From the human T2T-CHM13v2.0 reference genome, Homo sapiens: DNA of 64,000 nucleotides. The stretch lies in the NCBI RefSeq assembly GCF_009914755.1, contig NC_060930.1. One strand, given 5' to 3'. A program made the position numbers and the translations under genes. This document shows, one piece after another, positions 15,116-32,975 of the stretch (position 1 is its first letter; every line of letters starts with the position of its first letter). Below the pieces are notes generated by a model, which was not told where the DNA came from, made no database searches, and saw only the letters and a program-made list of their open reading frames with translations.

Positions 15116-15467
15116 GTCCAAAGCCCTTCTTACCTTGCCATTCTGCCACTCTTCCACTTGGATAGGTATTACAAATAATTTCTCCTGTGAACTTTTACAA
15201 ATATCATTGTATTTATCCACAAAGTCCTATAATATTGGAAAAACATAGTACTCTCAATTTGCAATGAAGGAAATCTTGACTTGGAGAGACTGAGCAATTA
15301 GCTCAAGGCCACCTGGCTAATAAGGAGCAGAATGGGGACCTCACTCCAGATGGTGGGCTTCTAATTCCATTACTCTTCTCAGCCCATAACACAACCTTGG
15401 AAAGAGGAGGCCCAATACCTGCCCGTTGGACAGAAGTTCTAAAATGCATCCCCTTTTAGGTTTAAAA

Positions 15468-15598
15468 TAGGGTGACCATTTATAATTTGTCATCCAAACA
15501 CAGAAAGCATGAAAGGGGGTGCTATTAGTTGTAATGCTAAGCAAGGGGTATAAAGTGGATTTTCTGGGCAAGCTGAAGACTCCTCATCAATCCCTTTA
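15468..15598 (+). mobile_element. MER81-like hAT (Blackjack) MITE
   Basis: tagggtgaccatttataatttgtcatccaaac...tgaaagggggtgctatta matches MER81. Confidence 0.75.
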
Positions 15599-15644
15599 GA
15601 GGAAACAGCCCTGGCCATTGCTCTCATGAAATTATTCTTCCTGA

Positions 15645-16743
<1,099 letters not shown>

Positions 16744-16867
16744 AATAATTTATATTAGACTCAATTTAACTGTTTTGACATCAGGTGGAGAAAATCTTTT
16801 TGAAGCGGCCATGTATGCCTCATGCTCCATTTGCCTTTAACTGTGAGAAGTTCACTCTTTCCTAGAA

Positions 16868-17400
<533 letters not shown>

Positions 17401-17409
17401 TGCCTACCT

Positions 17410-17640
17410 TTGTGAAATTGAAATCCAAACTCCTCAGCAAAGTATCTGAGGCCCTCCATGATCTTGCCGTGCCTCTGATTCAGGCTTTCAGCTTCATCTC
17501 TCCACAAACACCCACTTTGAACACTTTTCTCATTCCAAGCACCTGCCAACATTTTAAACAGTTCTTTGCATCCCCTTCTCCCTTTACTTAGAGTGCTCAG
17601 ATTCCCACCTATTCCTTCTGAAGAGCTCTCTTCCAGGCTG
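17410..17640 (+). mobile_element. L2 fragment
   Basis: aaatccaaactcctcagc...gaggccctccatgatcttgcc is typical of the L2 3' region. Confidence 0.65.
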
Positions 17641-19289
17641 TGGTGAGGTAAGTATTGTGAAGATTGAGTACTTAGAAAGATGTCTGACACACAGGAAGCA
17701 CTCAGTCAGTGTTAAATACTATCATTATTACTGTCGTTACTGTTATTGTTATGTTACATGCAATATAAACAAGCTAGTCACCCACTTTTCCCATTTTTCA
17801 TGTTGTCATCCATGAAACGATAAATCTAATATTGCATCATACAGAAAGACTGTGTTCGTAAACATTAGCACTAACTCAACACATAAAGTACCAAACACGT
17901 GAAGTTTTAATATTAAAAGATTTAGCTGTGCAAGATCTTCCCTCATTGTTGGTTCACCCAACCCAAGCCCTAACTACCCATATAAAAGAAGATAAATCAG
18001 CTGAAACCAGTCTGAAGACCAATTTGGGATCATTTCTGATGGTGGTATTGACAGTCTGAAATAGAGTACAGCTGAGTGCAATAGTAGCATAAAAGATGGT
18101 ACCTTGAAACACCAGAGTAAGCTTTATAAACTGTTGCAGGATCTTCATTGTTTATTGAATCTATAGATTTATGATTTTTTTACCATCTTGTTTTACAGCA
18201 ATTTCAACTTTTCCTTCTATATTTGTACCATTGAACAGAATATTAGTCGTGGAGTTTACTGATAGCAGGGGAAGAAAACACATGTTAAAAATACACACAC
18301 CATGCACACCAAACGGATCTTTAATTTTAGGCTGTCATTTCTTTCAGTGAGTTCGTCTCAGGGTTTCCTGCAGTGTGAGTAATAACAGAGTGCCTGGCCT
18401 GCTTTTTTCTTATAGATGCACTGACACTGGAAACGTTCATCAGAGGGAAAGTTTCTCCCAAAGGCCTCACTGAGTAAAGAGCTATGAAAATCTGCACAGG
18501 AAGTCATATCACACAAATGTTTATGCCAAACTTGTCTTAGGCATCAAACACCTAATGCTTAATTTTGTAATTGATGACACTAAGACCTAATTATAAACAG
18601 ATATTTGTTCAAAACCAGAATCGAAATTTGATGCTGAGATTAGTTGTTCAATTGCAAATCCGACTCTGCTGATCAATACGTGTTTTGGAGTTGATAGGGA
18701 AGGAAACACCTTCTCACTCCCCAAATTCCAGAATGTTGGAAAAAGTGTTTTAAAAGAAAATAAATTTTATGAGATATTGCCGAACTGAAAATGAGGAAAA
18801 GGAAATCCCCTAGTGCCAGAAGGAAGGAAGGAATTGCAAGACAAATGGAAAACTAATGTGCAGATGCCTCTCTGGGGCATCAAATGGGTATAGTGCCTAA
18901 CAGCTTGAGTTGGGTCTCTAATATCTCTACCAGGAGGAACTGGCTGCCAAGATCACAGATTCTACTGAGTGAAAGTACCAGTAGTAATAATATCTCTGAA
19001 ACAAGATCCAGAAAAACAGTCCCTAACAGCCCACATCAGGCAGGGAAGTTGCTACATATATAATTATTATTGTTATTCCTATTTTGCAAATGAAGGAAGT
19101 AAATTTTTCCCTAAAAGATTAACTGTGCAACACAGCTCAGGAATTGAGAAAGCACTGGGTCTTCATCAAAGAAGCAAATAAAGAATACATCTCAAGAAAT
19201 AAGAGAAGCCTCTGCAATGGACAGACAGAGGACTGCTAATGCAAAACGGAGCAAATAGCCTAAGAAGGAAAGGTAACAATAATAGAAGT

Positions 19290-19545
19290 GGTAATAATAG
19301 CTAGTACCTGTGCTTACCAAGAACCAATTTCTACATTAGATGTTTAAATACATTATCAGATCATCCTTTTAAAAGCTCTGTGAAGTTATGTTCCTATTTA
19401 AAGGTTTGACAAATCAAAATATAGAGGCTTAGAGATGTTAACTGGTTACAAATTTCTATGGTTAGGAAGTGATAGAGTCAAGATTAGAATCCAGATGAGT
19501 CTGGTTCCAGAGCTTGAGCACGTAACTATCATGCAATACTGCCAC
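19290..19545 (-). mobile_element. MIR SINE
   Basis: gaggcttagagatgttaactgg...agagtcaagattagaatccagatgagtctggttccagagc. Confidence 0.7.
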
Positions 19546-20954
19546 AAACAGTAACAAACTCTCATGTCACCAGAGAACCATCAAGGGACATTCCTATGTT
19601 CCAGAGTTAAGCAGAAAGAGTGATGTATCAGAATATATAATATGCTTGTCTTCACTAGTTTTGAAGTCAGGCTGATTAACCATTCCTGTTTGTTAAATGC
19701 ATTGATTGGAGTACTCACAGTCAAGCCTTACTTGGGCTAATTCAAAGCAACTCTGCTATTTGAGAGGGTCAAAATTCCAGGGATTGCTTTCGCTTATGAC
19801 AGTTTCAATCTTATGGTCACTGGATGGGGCATTATTGTCTTTTTATAGCTGACAATACAGAGATTCAGAGAAATTGGATAATTCATTCAAAATTACAAAG
19901 TTGACCGGTATTTAAACTCAGGTCTTTTATAAGATACATGTATTCTGGATTAGCAAGCACCCACCCAGAGGTACATGACCACCATGAAAGGTCAAAACAA
20001 GCAACCCTTACCTTGCTTAACTTCAAAAATACAACATAAACTTGTCACTTATCTGTTTAAAAACGGAATTCTTTTTTGTTATCTTGACATGATGAACTGG
20101 TTGTTGACCAAATTAACATAAAGCCAAATTAAAACCAAAAGCAGTTAAATTAAATGTCTGGAGATCATACCAGCAAACCAGGCTTTCTAACTCAAGCCCA
20201 GTATTCTCCCACCCAGATCACACACCCTTGTGTTGTAGCATCTATTCTTCTTGGCATTCAGAGACAGAGATAAGTAGATGGTCTCATTTGTTTAATTGTA
20301 CTGGTTTCATCTTGTATTTTCCAGCTTAGTATATTTCAAGAATTAGAGCCTCTAGGATTACATAAATCTCAGCAGGGAGAGGAAGGTCATCTTGCTGATG
20401 AGTAGTTATGATTTCTCCCCTTGTTTTTTATAATGTGCCTCATGATCTTTTGCAAAAGCCACAGTTTGAATCACATTTATAAAAATACCACTGAATTACA
20501 CCCTCTAGGCAGGAAAATTGGTTTAGTGATTCATGATCTCAGTCTCTCTTTTCAGTATCCTGTTAATTCTATAATTTCATCATTTTTTCTTTTCCCTGCA
20601 TTAGGAGGAGGTAAGGAAAGAAACAAGCAGAGAAAGAAAACACAAACCATATCATGATTTCCTGAGTGAATCAAACAAAAGCGATGTCACAAAACTGGGT
20701 TATATCCCATTAAAGAGACTATCCAGAACAATAGCATAGCCCATCAAGAAGCTTAACAGCTACTCCATCGTTGGCAAAAGAAAAAAAAAAAATGGTGTTG
20801 AGCCTAATGGGATTTTATCTCTGTAGTGGATGCACAGCTACAAGCAGCCAAAGAGTGGCGGAACAATGTAAGTGCTGATTCTTGAGATGCGGAAAACATA
20901 AGACCATCCTTCCATTTCTGAGTGGCAAGCTTTATATCTATAGTCCAGACCTCT

Positions 20955-20996
20955 CTCACACACACATATGTGCACACACACGTGCCCACACACACA
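20955..20996. repeat. Imperfect (CA)n microsatellite
   Basis: ctcacacacacatatgtgcacacacacgtgcccacacacaca. Confidence 0.8.
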
Positions 20997-23900
20997 AGCA
21001 AACCCAAATGGAAATGTTACATCATCAACTTCCAGAGTCATCTGGTTACTATTTTGTTGATTGCTTTACAATATTGAAAAGTATGTAGAAATCAGTTTGG
21101 AGTATCATATTTACCACTCTTGATGAATGACTGGAAAAGGAACCTGGAAGGTAACAAACACAAGCCCTATCATTCTTTTTGTACTCTGGGTTTACTCCAT
21201 CCCCCAAATCAATTTGCTTTAGTCAAAAATTGAAGACAATTTGTGCTCACCCTTATTATAAATAGCAAAATATATAATGAATTTTGCTGAACATTACTGG
21301 GCTATATCACACTTCTCTAGCTTAGGAAAGGGAATCATGAGTAGGAAAGTGAGAAAGAGAGGAATTGTGAGACTCTTTTAATCAACAACTAAAAGTGGAT
21401 ACACAGGGGAAAAGCCTCCACTACAGAAATACCAGAGTTTTTTCTCAAATTGTGTTCTGCCAATAGGGATTTTACAGTTCTAAGCTAATGGACTACCCCC
21501 ACAACTGACCCCCTCTACAATTTACTCACATTTATTCTGAATCCTCTGTCTATTAGCCATATATAAAATCTCTTCACAGCAGGACTACTCTGGAAGGTCT
21601 CAGGTGATTATCAGTCTGTTGTAATCCACTCATTAATTTATTTAACAAGTATTTCTTGACCATGTGCTTTATTCCAGGAACTCTAAGATGCACTGGAAAT
21701 ACAAAAACCTGTAAATATTCTATTTTAGGAACACATGCAGTTAACTAGACAAAATTCCGTATGGTTCAATATTTTAAAATTAGACGTTATCCTACTTTGG
21801 AGAGATTGAAATTTGCATTTTCAGGAATATTCTTAACATCTAATAAAATTGAAGCAAGTGATATTTATATAGACTAAATTAGAAAAACAATCTCAAACAC
21901 AATGTAACTGTTTCCTCCTCTTTGGCAGGGTCTGGTCTGTTCTGTTTAAAATATAAACCTCAAGTTTTATGTTTTGGGGTATAAAGCAAGCATCAAAAAT
22001 TAGCATCCTCTTTGAATAAGGTCATCATTTAAAAATTAACAAACCTACCTTTATTCCTTTCTTCCCAAAATATTTCCTAAAATGAAAGGAACACACACTT
22101 TATATATTTTTTCTATTGTTTTTCAGATTATTTCACAGCTTGAACAATGGACCATTATTTTAATTATGCCTAGTATAGAAAAATGCTAAGAAAAACAGAC
22201 AAGAGATGTCTGTTCTCTACTCCTTCTGGCCTCTCTTCCCCTTTCTTATAAAATCAAGTGTCCCATCTTAATGTAGGGAATGAGATTAGAAGGTGGTCCT
22301 CAACACCTATCCTGTGCCCATTTTGTTATCTATTAATTAGCCCTAAATCACACTGGTTGATAAGGTTTGACAACTCTTAGGACTGTAAACATTTTAGCTG
22401 GAGGTGAAGAAATATTGCCCCACCCAAATAAACCACCAGACACTCTAATGCGTGAGCACTGAAAAACTAAGTGAAAATCTCCAATGGGTTGAGTTCTTTC
22501 TCTTTTCCTTTCCTTCTTTCCTTCTTTTCTCTCTCTCTTTTGCTTATCTTTCTTTTTATCTTTCTCACTTTCTTTCAGCATGTATTTATTAATCTTTTAG
22601 TGCCTACACACTGCTGGGCATTGAGTATATAAAGTTGAAGAAATCAACATTGAAGAACTTCTGGAAGGCATCACTGGAGGATTTTTGTTTAAGTGAGATA
22701 GCTCCCCTACTCAAATGGCTAGTCATTCTGATACCCTCAAACTGATATTAAAAATAAACTATTAAGTTTTATCAACCAACTCTTGAAAACAACAGACTAA
22801 TATCCACTGGCTAGAAAAACTGGCTGCTTGGTTTTGAAAATAAATTTATTTGAAACTCTTCTGCTTTTCCCCTGAAAAAGTTTGTGTTACAGGTTACAGA
22901 TTTATCATCCTAACAATATACCATTTTTATCAGCAGGTATCTAATTTTCTTCCTTTTTGTTGGCAAAAAAAAAAGGCAGTTTGTGGTCCTATTATTCTTT
23001 TTGAATGATGTGGCAAGCAAAGCCCTTCAAATTTGTCTCCAGCTTCCATTCCAGCCTCATCTCTCATCACCTCCTGTTTCCCCAGGCCTCCCCACTTTGC
23101 CACTCCACTCTCAATTATGTGTGTTAAAGTCATCGAAGATTAAATGTGCAAACATCTCAAGCATTTTAATGCCTTCATAATTTTGATCCAGGAAACTTTT
23201 GCTTTAAAGGGGTTTCCCTGCCACTTTCTTGTTTACTCTGAAAACACCCAGCTTACCCTAATTTAAGTATGAAGTCAAGCGTTACCTTCTGTGTGAGACC
23301 CAGGGTTCTCTGATAACCCCACCATGCACACTCACACCCACTAGCAGAGTTTATCACACAGTTAGGGTGGTACAGTGTTCCATACAGCATCAGCCTTAAC
23401 TGGCATACATAGGTTTCTGGTTATTTCTAATGAACTGGTAGGCAAGATCTATTGAATCTGATTTACCCATGGGTTTCAAACTAGAGATATGTCTTTAATT
23501 ATTGTTGTTATCTGCTTTGTTATGCTTTGATTGTAAATTTTGGTGTGATTTCTTTGTCTGAAGATTATAAAGGAAGTGAGTTTGTACATATTTCTGAAAG
23601 GAGATGATGGAGAAAGCAAATGCAACATTTAGAATTTCAGTAATCTCTCTAGTTTTATAAACAGAGTTCAAGAAAATTATATCAGAGCCTACAGTAAGAG
23701 GAACTACAGGTTAAATCCAAAGGATCAACATTAATGAGGGACATAGTTAAGATTGCTGGCTCTGAAAATCCAAGGTAATCACAGCTGCCTAAATAGAAAT
23801 CTCACCACGTTCTCCAAAACACTATACAGATCAACAAGTACAAATAAACTCACACAAATAGCATACTTTCAGCCTAAACTACAATTTTTAATTACTTGTA

Positions 23901-24425
23901 TCTGGAAAAGTAAATACTGATTTCCAGCAAAGCTTTCTCTAAAACTCCCACCACAAGACTATTCAGAAAGCTGGGGTTGGAGAAGTGGGAGAAGGGGAGA
24001 AAGGGCAGGGGGTAGGGGATCCAGAAAAATTGTGCAGAAGACAGAAGGGAGGTTAATGAAGCTGAAATCATCCTAAGTGATGAAATGCATAGAGTCCTGG
24101 AAGATCCGAGAACTGACTCCAGGGAAAAGACTTTAAATTGGGTACAATACTTAAGGAGATGGTCATGAAAAGAAAAATCTTGGAGGAAAAGAGAATAAAA
24201 GGGAAGGAAGGAGATGCCCATTGGAGATTGGTCAAAGAAAAAAGTGAAAAAGGTTACTACAGAATCCTTCCATACAATATTTTTAAAATATGAAAAATGA
24301 AAGACAATCAACCCTATGACCAATCGCCCCTCCCTGCCCCACTCCCATGTCGTCTATTAAAGAAATTGCAATCTTCTACTCTGACAGAAGACGACAACCT
24401 TGGAGAACAGAGCTGGAAAACCACT

Positions 24426-24799
24426 GGCTATGGCTTGGCTGTGTCCCCACCCAAATCTTATTTTGAATTGTAGCTCCTATAATTCCCACGTGTTGTGGGA
24501 GGGACCCAGTGGGAGATCACTGAATCATGGGGGCGGTTTCCCCCACACTGTTCTCGTGGTAGTGAATAAGTCTCACCAGATCTGATGGTTTTATCAGGGG
24601 TTTCTGCTTTTGCATCTTCTCATTCTCTCTTTGCTTGCTGCCATCCATGTAAGACAAGACTTGCTCCTGCTTGCGTTCTGCCATGATTGTGAGGCTTCCC
24701 AGGCCCATGGAACTATAAGTCCAATTAAACCTCTTTCTTTTGTAAATTGTGCAGTCTCGGGTATGTCTTTATCAGCAGTGTGAAAACCGACTAATAACA
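24426..24799 (+). mobile_element. THE1 solo LTR (THE1A/B-like)
   Basis: tatggcttggctgtgtccccacccaaatc...gtgaaaaccgactaataaca; TSD ccact/ccacc. Confidence 0.93.
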
Positions 24800-25131
24800 C
24801 CACCCCAATCTGCCAAGCCAGTCAATCAAATATATAGGTATGAGCAACTTTCTTCTATACAAAGCTACTATAAAAAAATGAAAAATTCTTCCAAATGAAT
24901 AATTAATAAAACAAATAATTACGAAGTCAATGAAAATTGTAACACAATTGAAACCACTATTTATTGTCAATCTATTGGAGACATAAAAAGACACATAAAA
25001 GTAAAACTTCAAAGTTTAAGAACCCAAATGAGGGCTAAAACAAGAATTGATTTAAAAAAAAAGAGTTAGTTGATCTCAGGGAAGAAATATAGGGTGATAG
25101 CATATCCTAAAATCCAATTATATGGTGCCTA

Positions 25132-25488
<357 letters not shown>

Positions 25489-25869
25489 CTTAAAGAAGTA
25501 AAAAGGATCAGAGAGAAATTGGTTGAAAGGAGAAATAGGCAAAGAACAGTCAACATAGGAATAAGTAGAGTCCCTGAAGAATAAATCAATGCAATAAAAT
25601 AAAACTAATATTTTAAACTGTAATTCAGGAAAGCTTTCCAGAAATACAAGATAATCTGAATCTACATATTAATATAGCCAACCAAGTACTAGGGAAAATT
25701 GATCTGGAAAAGAGAACTTAACTAATATTTCTCAAAAGCAACATGCAAAGTAAGGCAAGAATGAACTAGCATTTATACAAAAATCAAGAAAAGGTATAAA
25801 TCAATTTTATATTCAACCATGCTTTAAGTAACACGACTATAGAATTAGAGTTTTAAAAATACAAGAATA

Positions 25870-26211
<342 letters not shown>

Positions 26212-29200
26212 TTAACCAATAAATGACTGATGAGACCTTGCCTGATATTTCTAAATTTCTAAAAATAATAATAATCAATATACTACATATTAGGATCTGA
26301 TTACATTTAAAGCAGTGATCAAAGGAAAATTAATAGCCTACAATACTTTCAGTAAAAGTGATAGAATGAATATAAGTTAATTATGTTGGTTAATTATGTG
26401 GATTTAATAGTAGATGTAATAATAAAGTTAGAAACAAGGATGCAAGAGTCATATATACATAACACACGTTCTGATAAAATAGAAGTAATGCAATTTTTGT
26501 AAAGTAAAAGTAGAGGGACATGGAAAAGTAACATAAACTCATTGATCTCATCAATACGTGGGAGTCAAAGGATACCACTAAAAACTGACACACTATACAG
26601 TAAAAGAGTAAATTAAAAAGTGGACTGGGGAACAGGGGCTTTTTTCAAAAGTATGACTAGAAAGATAACCACTAGAGATAGGTACAAAGTTTACTACAAA
26701 AAAAAATGTTTTAATGAGTACAGAAATAGGTCTAAGAACATTAGGAAATTCAGCATATGATATAGATACCATCGCAAATGAACTTTTTAAAATGATGCTA
26801 GCATGACTGAATAGCCATTTAGAAAAAGAATGGTAAATTTGTGGCCCCACCATACAAAAGAATAAGCTCCAAATGGATCTGAGATATTATTATGAAGATA
26901 TAAAAAGTAAGTCTAAACTACTAGAAGTCACAGGTGAATTCTTTTACAGCAGGAGGGCAAGGAAAGACTTTGTGATTTAAAACATCACATAATAGAATGG
27001 AAAGAATCCAGCCTAGAGCTCCCTACCTTGATGGAGAGTTAAGAACGTTCTTCTGTTGTGTCAATGTGAGCTATTTTCTACACAAACATACTAGCATGAC
27101 TTCATCTATTTCAAGAGAAACTTCAATGTTGTAAATTTTCTTACATGTGAAGTAACTCTTGATCTTATTGAACTTATACAACTACTAATTAGAGACTAAT
27201 TCATACTCATATAAAGCCTAATAAGTATTCATACGAATATGTAATAAGGGGTTCCCAGAATCCCCAGATTAAAAAGTTATTTTAATTTATAAGGCTTTTA
27301 AGAGCATTGGCCCTTTAAGAAAGGGCCTGGTTGGGGAGGAACAGGTGGGATGCTTAATTATGAACCAATTAATAGCATAGTTTGATAACCTACAAGATCA
27401 AATAGCCAAGAAATGGAAGCCAATCTCACGCTAGCAAAAAGGAATGAGTAAATACCAAGGGAATGTATGTACTTTTCAAATATGAAAAATTTTAAAGAGT
27501 TGCTATATAGACATAATTATAAAATAAAACATCTGATCACATTCTAAATCAAGGTAAATTAATCTTCCTAATCAATGTGAATCTTGAATAAATTAGACTG
27601 GTATAATAATTTTGTTTAAAAACAGCCACACATTTTCTCCCTGATTTTATCCCAGTGAGGATAAAACAAATCGTTCAGGCAGTTGTCTCCCCTCTCCCTA
27701 TTTCCTGCTCCTTCCCCTTCCCTCAGGCTGCTTTTGCCCAGTGCTAGCCTGCCTCTCACCCACTCTTTCTTCCTCCCTCTCTCGGGGTTCTTCACTCTCC
27801 TGATGGGTCTCTTTTTCCACTCACCCTCAGACACCTTGCACGAGCCTCTCCCAAGATAGCTAGGACTCAGGGAACATGCAGGCTGGTAAGGACCCTTCAC
27901 TCCCTCCCTGCTTGCTACCTGCTCTTCCTCTGTCCTCCACCTCCTCTGGCCTCCTATTCCTTCTCAGCCCCTCCTGTTCCTCTTCCTGCTGCCACTCAAA
28001 CAGCTTGGCCCCAGCATGATGCCAAAGAAGAGATCCAGATTCTACTAAAAATAGTGGTAGCAAAATTTTGTCAGAGAGGATCAATCGGTGACCGAATCTC
28101 ACATCATCTATTATTAGTACTATAACCCAAGAAAAACTATAAAGTTATGACAAGGATCAAAACCTCTACCTCTAGGACTATTTGAACATTTACAAATGGG
28201 TTTCATTCATTTGCTGAAATCACAAAGCTTTAAATATGTTTTAGTAGTAGCTTAAAATAATCTGGTGAGATTAGCTAACATTCCACTGCCAAATGATTAT
28301 AAATTATGTTTTTATCAACTGGGAAAACTTCCAATATTAACCAGTGATAGAGAAAGTCAACTTACAAGTAAAATACATAAGAAGTTAAGAAAAGAATATT
28401 AAAATAAATATAATTCCCATATAACTGGAAGGAAAGAATAAACTAATGGTATTTTAAATCAAAATAATCGAAATCAACAGATGTTTAATTTACTTAGCCT
28501 AAATTCTACCCATAGCCCTAAAGACATACAATCTATATTTCAAAAATTCTCATAAATTCTCATATGAGTTCTCATAAAATTGTTGCAAGAAGACATATGG
28601 GCTTGAATTGACTCCTCCACTGACGGACTGGAGCTTGTCCCATTGTGGTTGTAGCAGGTATTGCCAAAATTAATGTCATATACACAGATACATAATCAGC
28701 AAGTACAAATTACATTTCCAAAAAACATAAGTTTAAATGAACATCTACATGATGTATACCTGTTTTGGAAAAGACATCTATAAAGAGAAGTCTTAGCATC
28801 ATTTAAGAAAAGACCATATAAAGTACTTCTAAACACAAATGCTGCTCTTGAATTCCAGGGCACACACCCACAGAATCATGTTTTCCTGTGTAAATGTGCT
28901 CAGAATCCCTCAACCTGGAAATACAAGTATACCTATGTTCTAACATTGTAATTCAATGGGAGGCCAACAGAAACAAATGACTTCTGGCGGTAGACATCTG
29001 ACCAAAGAACAGAGAGACCTTGAAGATGCTATCAAGTTTAGATTGCTTCCTTCTAACACTTTTGGACCAAGAGCCATGAAAGGACAATGAACATACTTTC
29101 TAATATTTGTCTCCTCTTTCTGTCACTCATTGCCATGATTTTTTCATTGGGTTTCTTCAAGGTACCAAACTATTAAAATGGTTAAACCTTTTGCTCTTCC

Positions 29201-30055
29201 TTAGAATCTTTTTTCTGTAAACTTTTCAAACTCCTTAATTTGCCATTACCAAAAAATTGCAATGGCTGACATTTTTTCCAAGTGTTGAGTTTGTCATTTA
29301 GTTATAGATCCCACTGTTGGAATGAACCTCAATACGTCAATCTGTCTTCAATGGACCTAGGCCTCAACAATTATCTGCTTCTGTTTGTTTGTCAGGGCTT
29401 CAAAGAAACACAAAGGACATCAAGAACAGAAAGGGACATGATACAGGACTAATAACACAAACTATAGTCCAATTATTTTATCTTGAAGCTAAATGTACAA
29501 AAACAATTGTATTATGTGTTTAATTACAGTAGAGTGAAAACAATTAAATTTTAATAGCAATTCCTAACAACATTTGTGTTTGCTCAATGTACACCCTTAT
29601 TGACTATTCTTGTATAATCAGAAGGCCTTTCCACACTTACCTATATCAAAATAGGGCCAAGTTTTGATATATTTATCCAGCCTTTCCAAGCATTCAAAGT
29701 GAATTATTAGAAGTCTGATGTACTCAACTCAGGATCCAAGACACTAAATATTATCAGTTCATATTAGGATTTCTACCCTACACTAAAATATATACTCTGC
29801 AATTAATCCCTGACTATGCCCAAATAACAGTTCAAATTTTAGAATCAAAAAATATCCAGTATAAACTCATGAGCTAGAATATTTTTAGATAATAAAATTG
29901 CCTTCAACTATGTAGTCATCAACCAAAATAGAGTCTGGAAGATAAATGATACCTGGAAAAACACTTCAGGGAAAGTGGAATCATCAAATAATCAGGTTAC
30001 TTGTTTGCCCAAATTGAACCATGAGGCTTATTCTTTTAATGAGATGTACCCCATC

Positions 30056-30749
<694 letters not shown>

Positions 30750-30829
30750 TTTCTTTCCTATCTTACATCTTGGTGTTTATATATCACTACACTGCCATTA
30801 TCCTAAACCACCCTAGGAGCAAAACTGTG

Positions 30830-32590
30830 GGGTTGAAATACCAGAAACTCATCCAAAGTGACTTTCCCAGTTTGTTCTCCCACCTGCATTGATGAGCCTG
30901 ACGCTTGCTCCACATTTTTTCCCATATTTGGAAGTCACAGTATTAAATTTTAGCCATTCTGGTGGCTCCTGCATACCACATAGTGGTATTGCACTGTGGC
31001 TTGAATTCACATTCCCTTGATGAAAAACATAGTTCAACAAGGCTGCCCTTCAGATAGCCTATTTTGTAAAGTGCCTGTTCAAATCCCTAAACATATTTTT
31101 CCTTATCTTTTCTTATAGATTTGTAGGAATTCTTGATGTATTCTGATATAAGCCCACTGCAGTTGTTTGTATCATAAATATCTTCTCCAAGTCTATAACT
31201 TGCCTTTTCTCTCCCTTCATGATGTCTTTTGGTGAATTGAAGCTCTTAATTTTAATGGATCTTTCTCTTGGCAATTTTGTGTTCCACTTAAGAAATCCTC
31301 ATCTATCCCAAAGTAATCAAGATGATTTCCTATGCTTTCTTCTAAGTGATTTATCATTTCATATTTTGCATTTAGATATACCTTCCGGTGGTATTAAATT
31401 TTTATAGGATATAAGTGAAAGTCAAGTTTCATTTCTTTTCCTTGTGAATTTTCAAATGGACCCGGCACCATTCATTGAAGAGCTCATCTTCTAGGCACTT
31501 CTCTGAAGGGCTGCTTTTAGAATAAATCAAGTATCCACTATGTATGAGTCTCTCTGTAAAAACACCATACAATAATAAATATTTTAATCTTGTCATACAT
31601 TTTGCTGTCTGGTAAAAGTGTCCTCCAAAATTTTCCTGGCTACTCATGGTCTTTTCCATTTCCATAAACATTTTAAAACTAGCTTGTCAATTTCCACAAA
31701 GAAAACCTCCTAAGATTTACATTGAATATATCCTACATTTCACTAATCTTATCTTCTGTGGTTGCCAGTCTGTTCTTATACCCATCAGATGAATTCTTAA
31801 TTACAAATATTGTATTTTTCAGTTCCAGGATATTCATTGGTATCTTTTAAATTATTCCCCATTCTCATTTAAATTCTCCATACTTTTATCTATTTTTTCT
31901 ATCTTTTTCTCTATTTTTTGAACATGTAACTCACTTGTTTTTAGCTGTGATACCTCCAATAACAAAATCACCCATGTATCTTTTCTGCTAGCTGAGTTTT
32001 TACTTTCTGCTTTTTTTCCCTGTTCCTCTAGCATGCCTCAGAAATTTGCATTGGCTGCCTGGCACTTTGAATAAAATAGTGTGCAGGCTGTGTAAGATGT
32101 TATAGATTCCTCCAAAAAGGTTTAAGATTTCGTTTTCGTTTGTTGGGGTTCTGTTCATTAATTTTTTGGTTGTCGTTTTGCTTTAGTTGTTTGTTTCATT
32201 TTGTTTTACAGGCAGGCAGAGGACCAGCAGATCACTTGATCCTGCCAAGCCTTTGTTTTAGGTTTTATTAGAGCTGGGCTTCTTTAGTTTCCCTTTACAA
32301 CTGGAGTGTATCACTCACTCCTAAAACATACCCTTTACTTTTGGAGTGTGGCCATTATTCCTAGAGCCTCTGGGGTCCCAAAATAAAGCCCAGAGTATTT
32401 ACAAAGGTTTTGATCTTGGGAGACATAAACTTGAATTTATTTCTTCCCAGAATCTCATTATTGCTGAAATCTCTACTCAGCTCTTTTGCTTCCCAGCTGC
32501 TGTTTTCTGCTGGGTTTCTAAAGACTTAACTTGCGCATGAGCAGCCAAGGAATTGGTCAACAACTTGAGAGGAAGCCATATGTGAATTTT
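30830..32590 (-). mobile_element. Decayed old L1 (L1ME-like) fragments
   Basis: Antisense ORF2-like text (ttttagccattctggtgg...gtgcctgttcaaatc; tttccataaacattttaaaactagcttgtcaatttcc), followed by an ORF1-like T-rich segment. Confidence 0.7.
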
Positions 32591-32597
32591 GGAATTC

Positions 32598-32975
32598 TGA
32601 ATTAGTCCGTTTTCATACTGCTATAAAGAACTGCCTGAGATTAGGTAATTCATAAAGGAAAGAGTTTTAATTGACTCAGAGTTCAGCATGGCTGGGAGTC
32701 CTCAGGAAACTTACAATCATGGTGGAAGACAAAGGGGAAGCAAGGCAACTTCTTCATAAGATGGCAGGAAGGAGAAGTGCTGAGCAAAGAGGGAAGAGCC
32801 CCTTGTAAAACCATCAGCTCTCATGAGAACTCACTCACTATCATGAGAGCAGCATGGGGGAAACTGCCTCCATGATTCAATTTTCTCCATCAGGTCACTC
32901 CCTTGACACGTGGGGATTATGGGGATTACAATTCAAGATGAAACTTGGGTGGGGACACAACACCTAACCATATCT
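32598..32975 (-). mobile_element. THE1 solo LTR (THE1D-like)
   Basis: ttagtccgttttcatactgctataaagaactgcctgaga...ggggattatggggattacaattcaagatg...ccatatc. Confidence 0.92.

Noticed and set aside
27616-28102. E/R/G-rich minus-strand ORFs over a pyrimidine-rich, GC-richer patch
   Set aside because: Explained by compositional bias; no recognisable protein or splice structure
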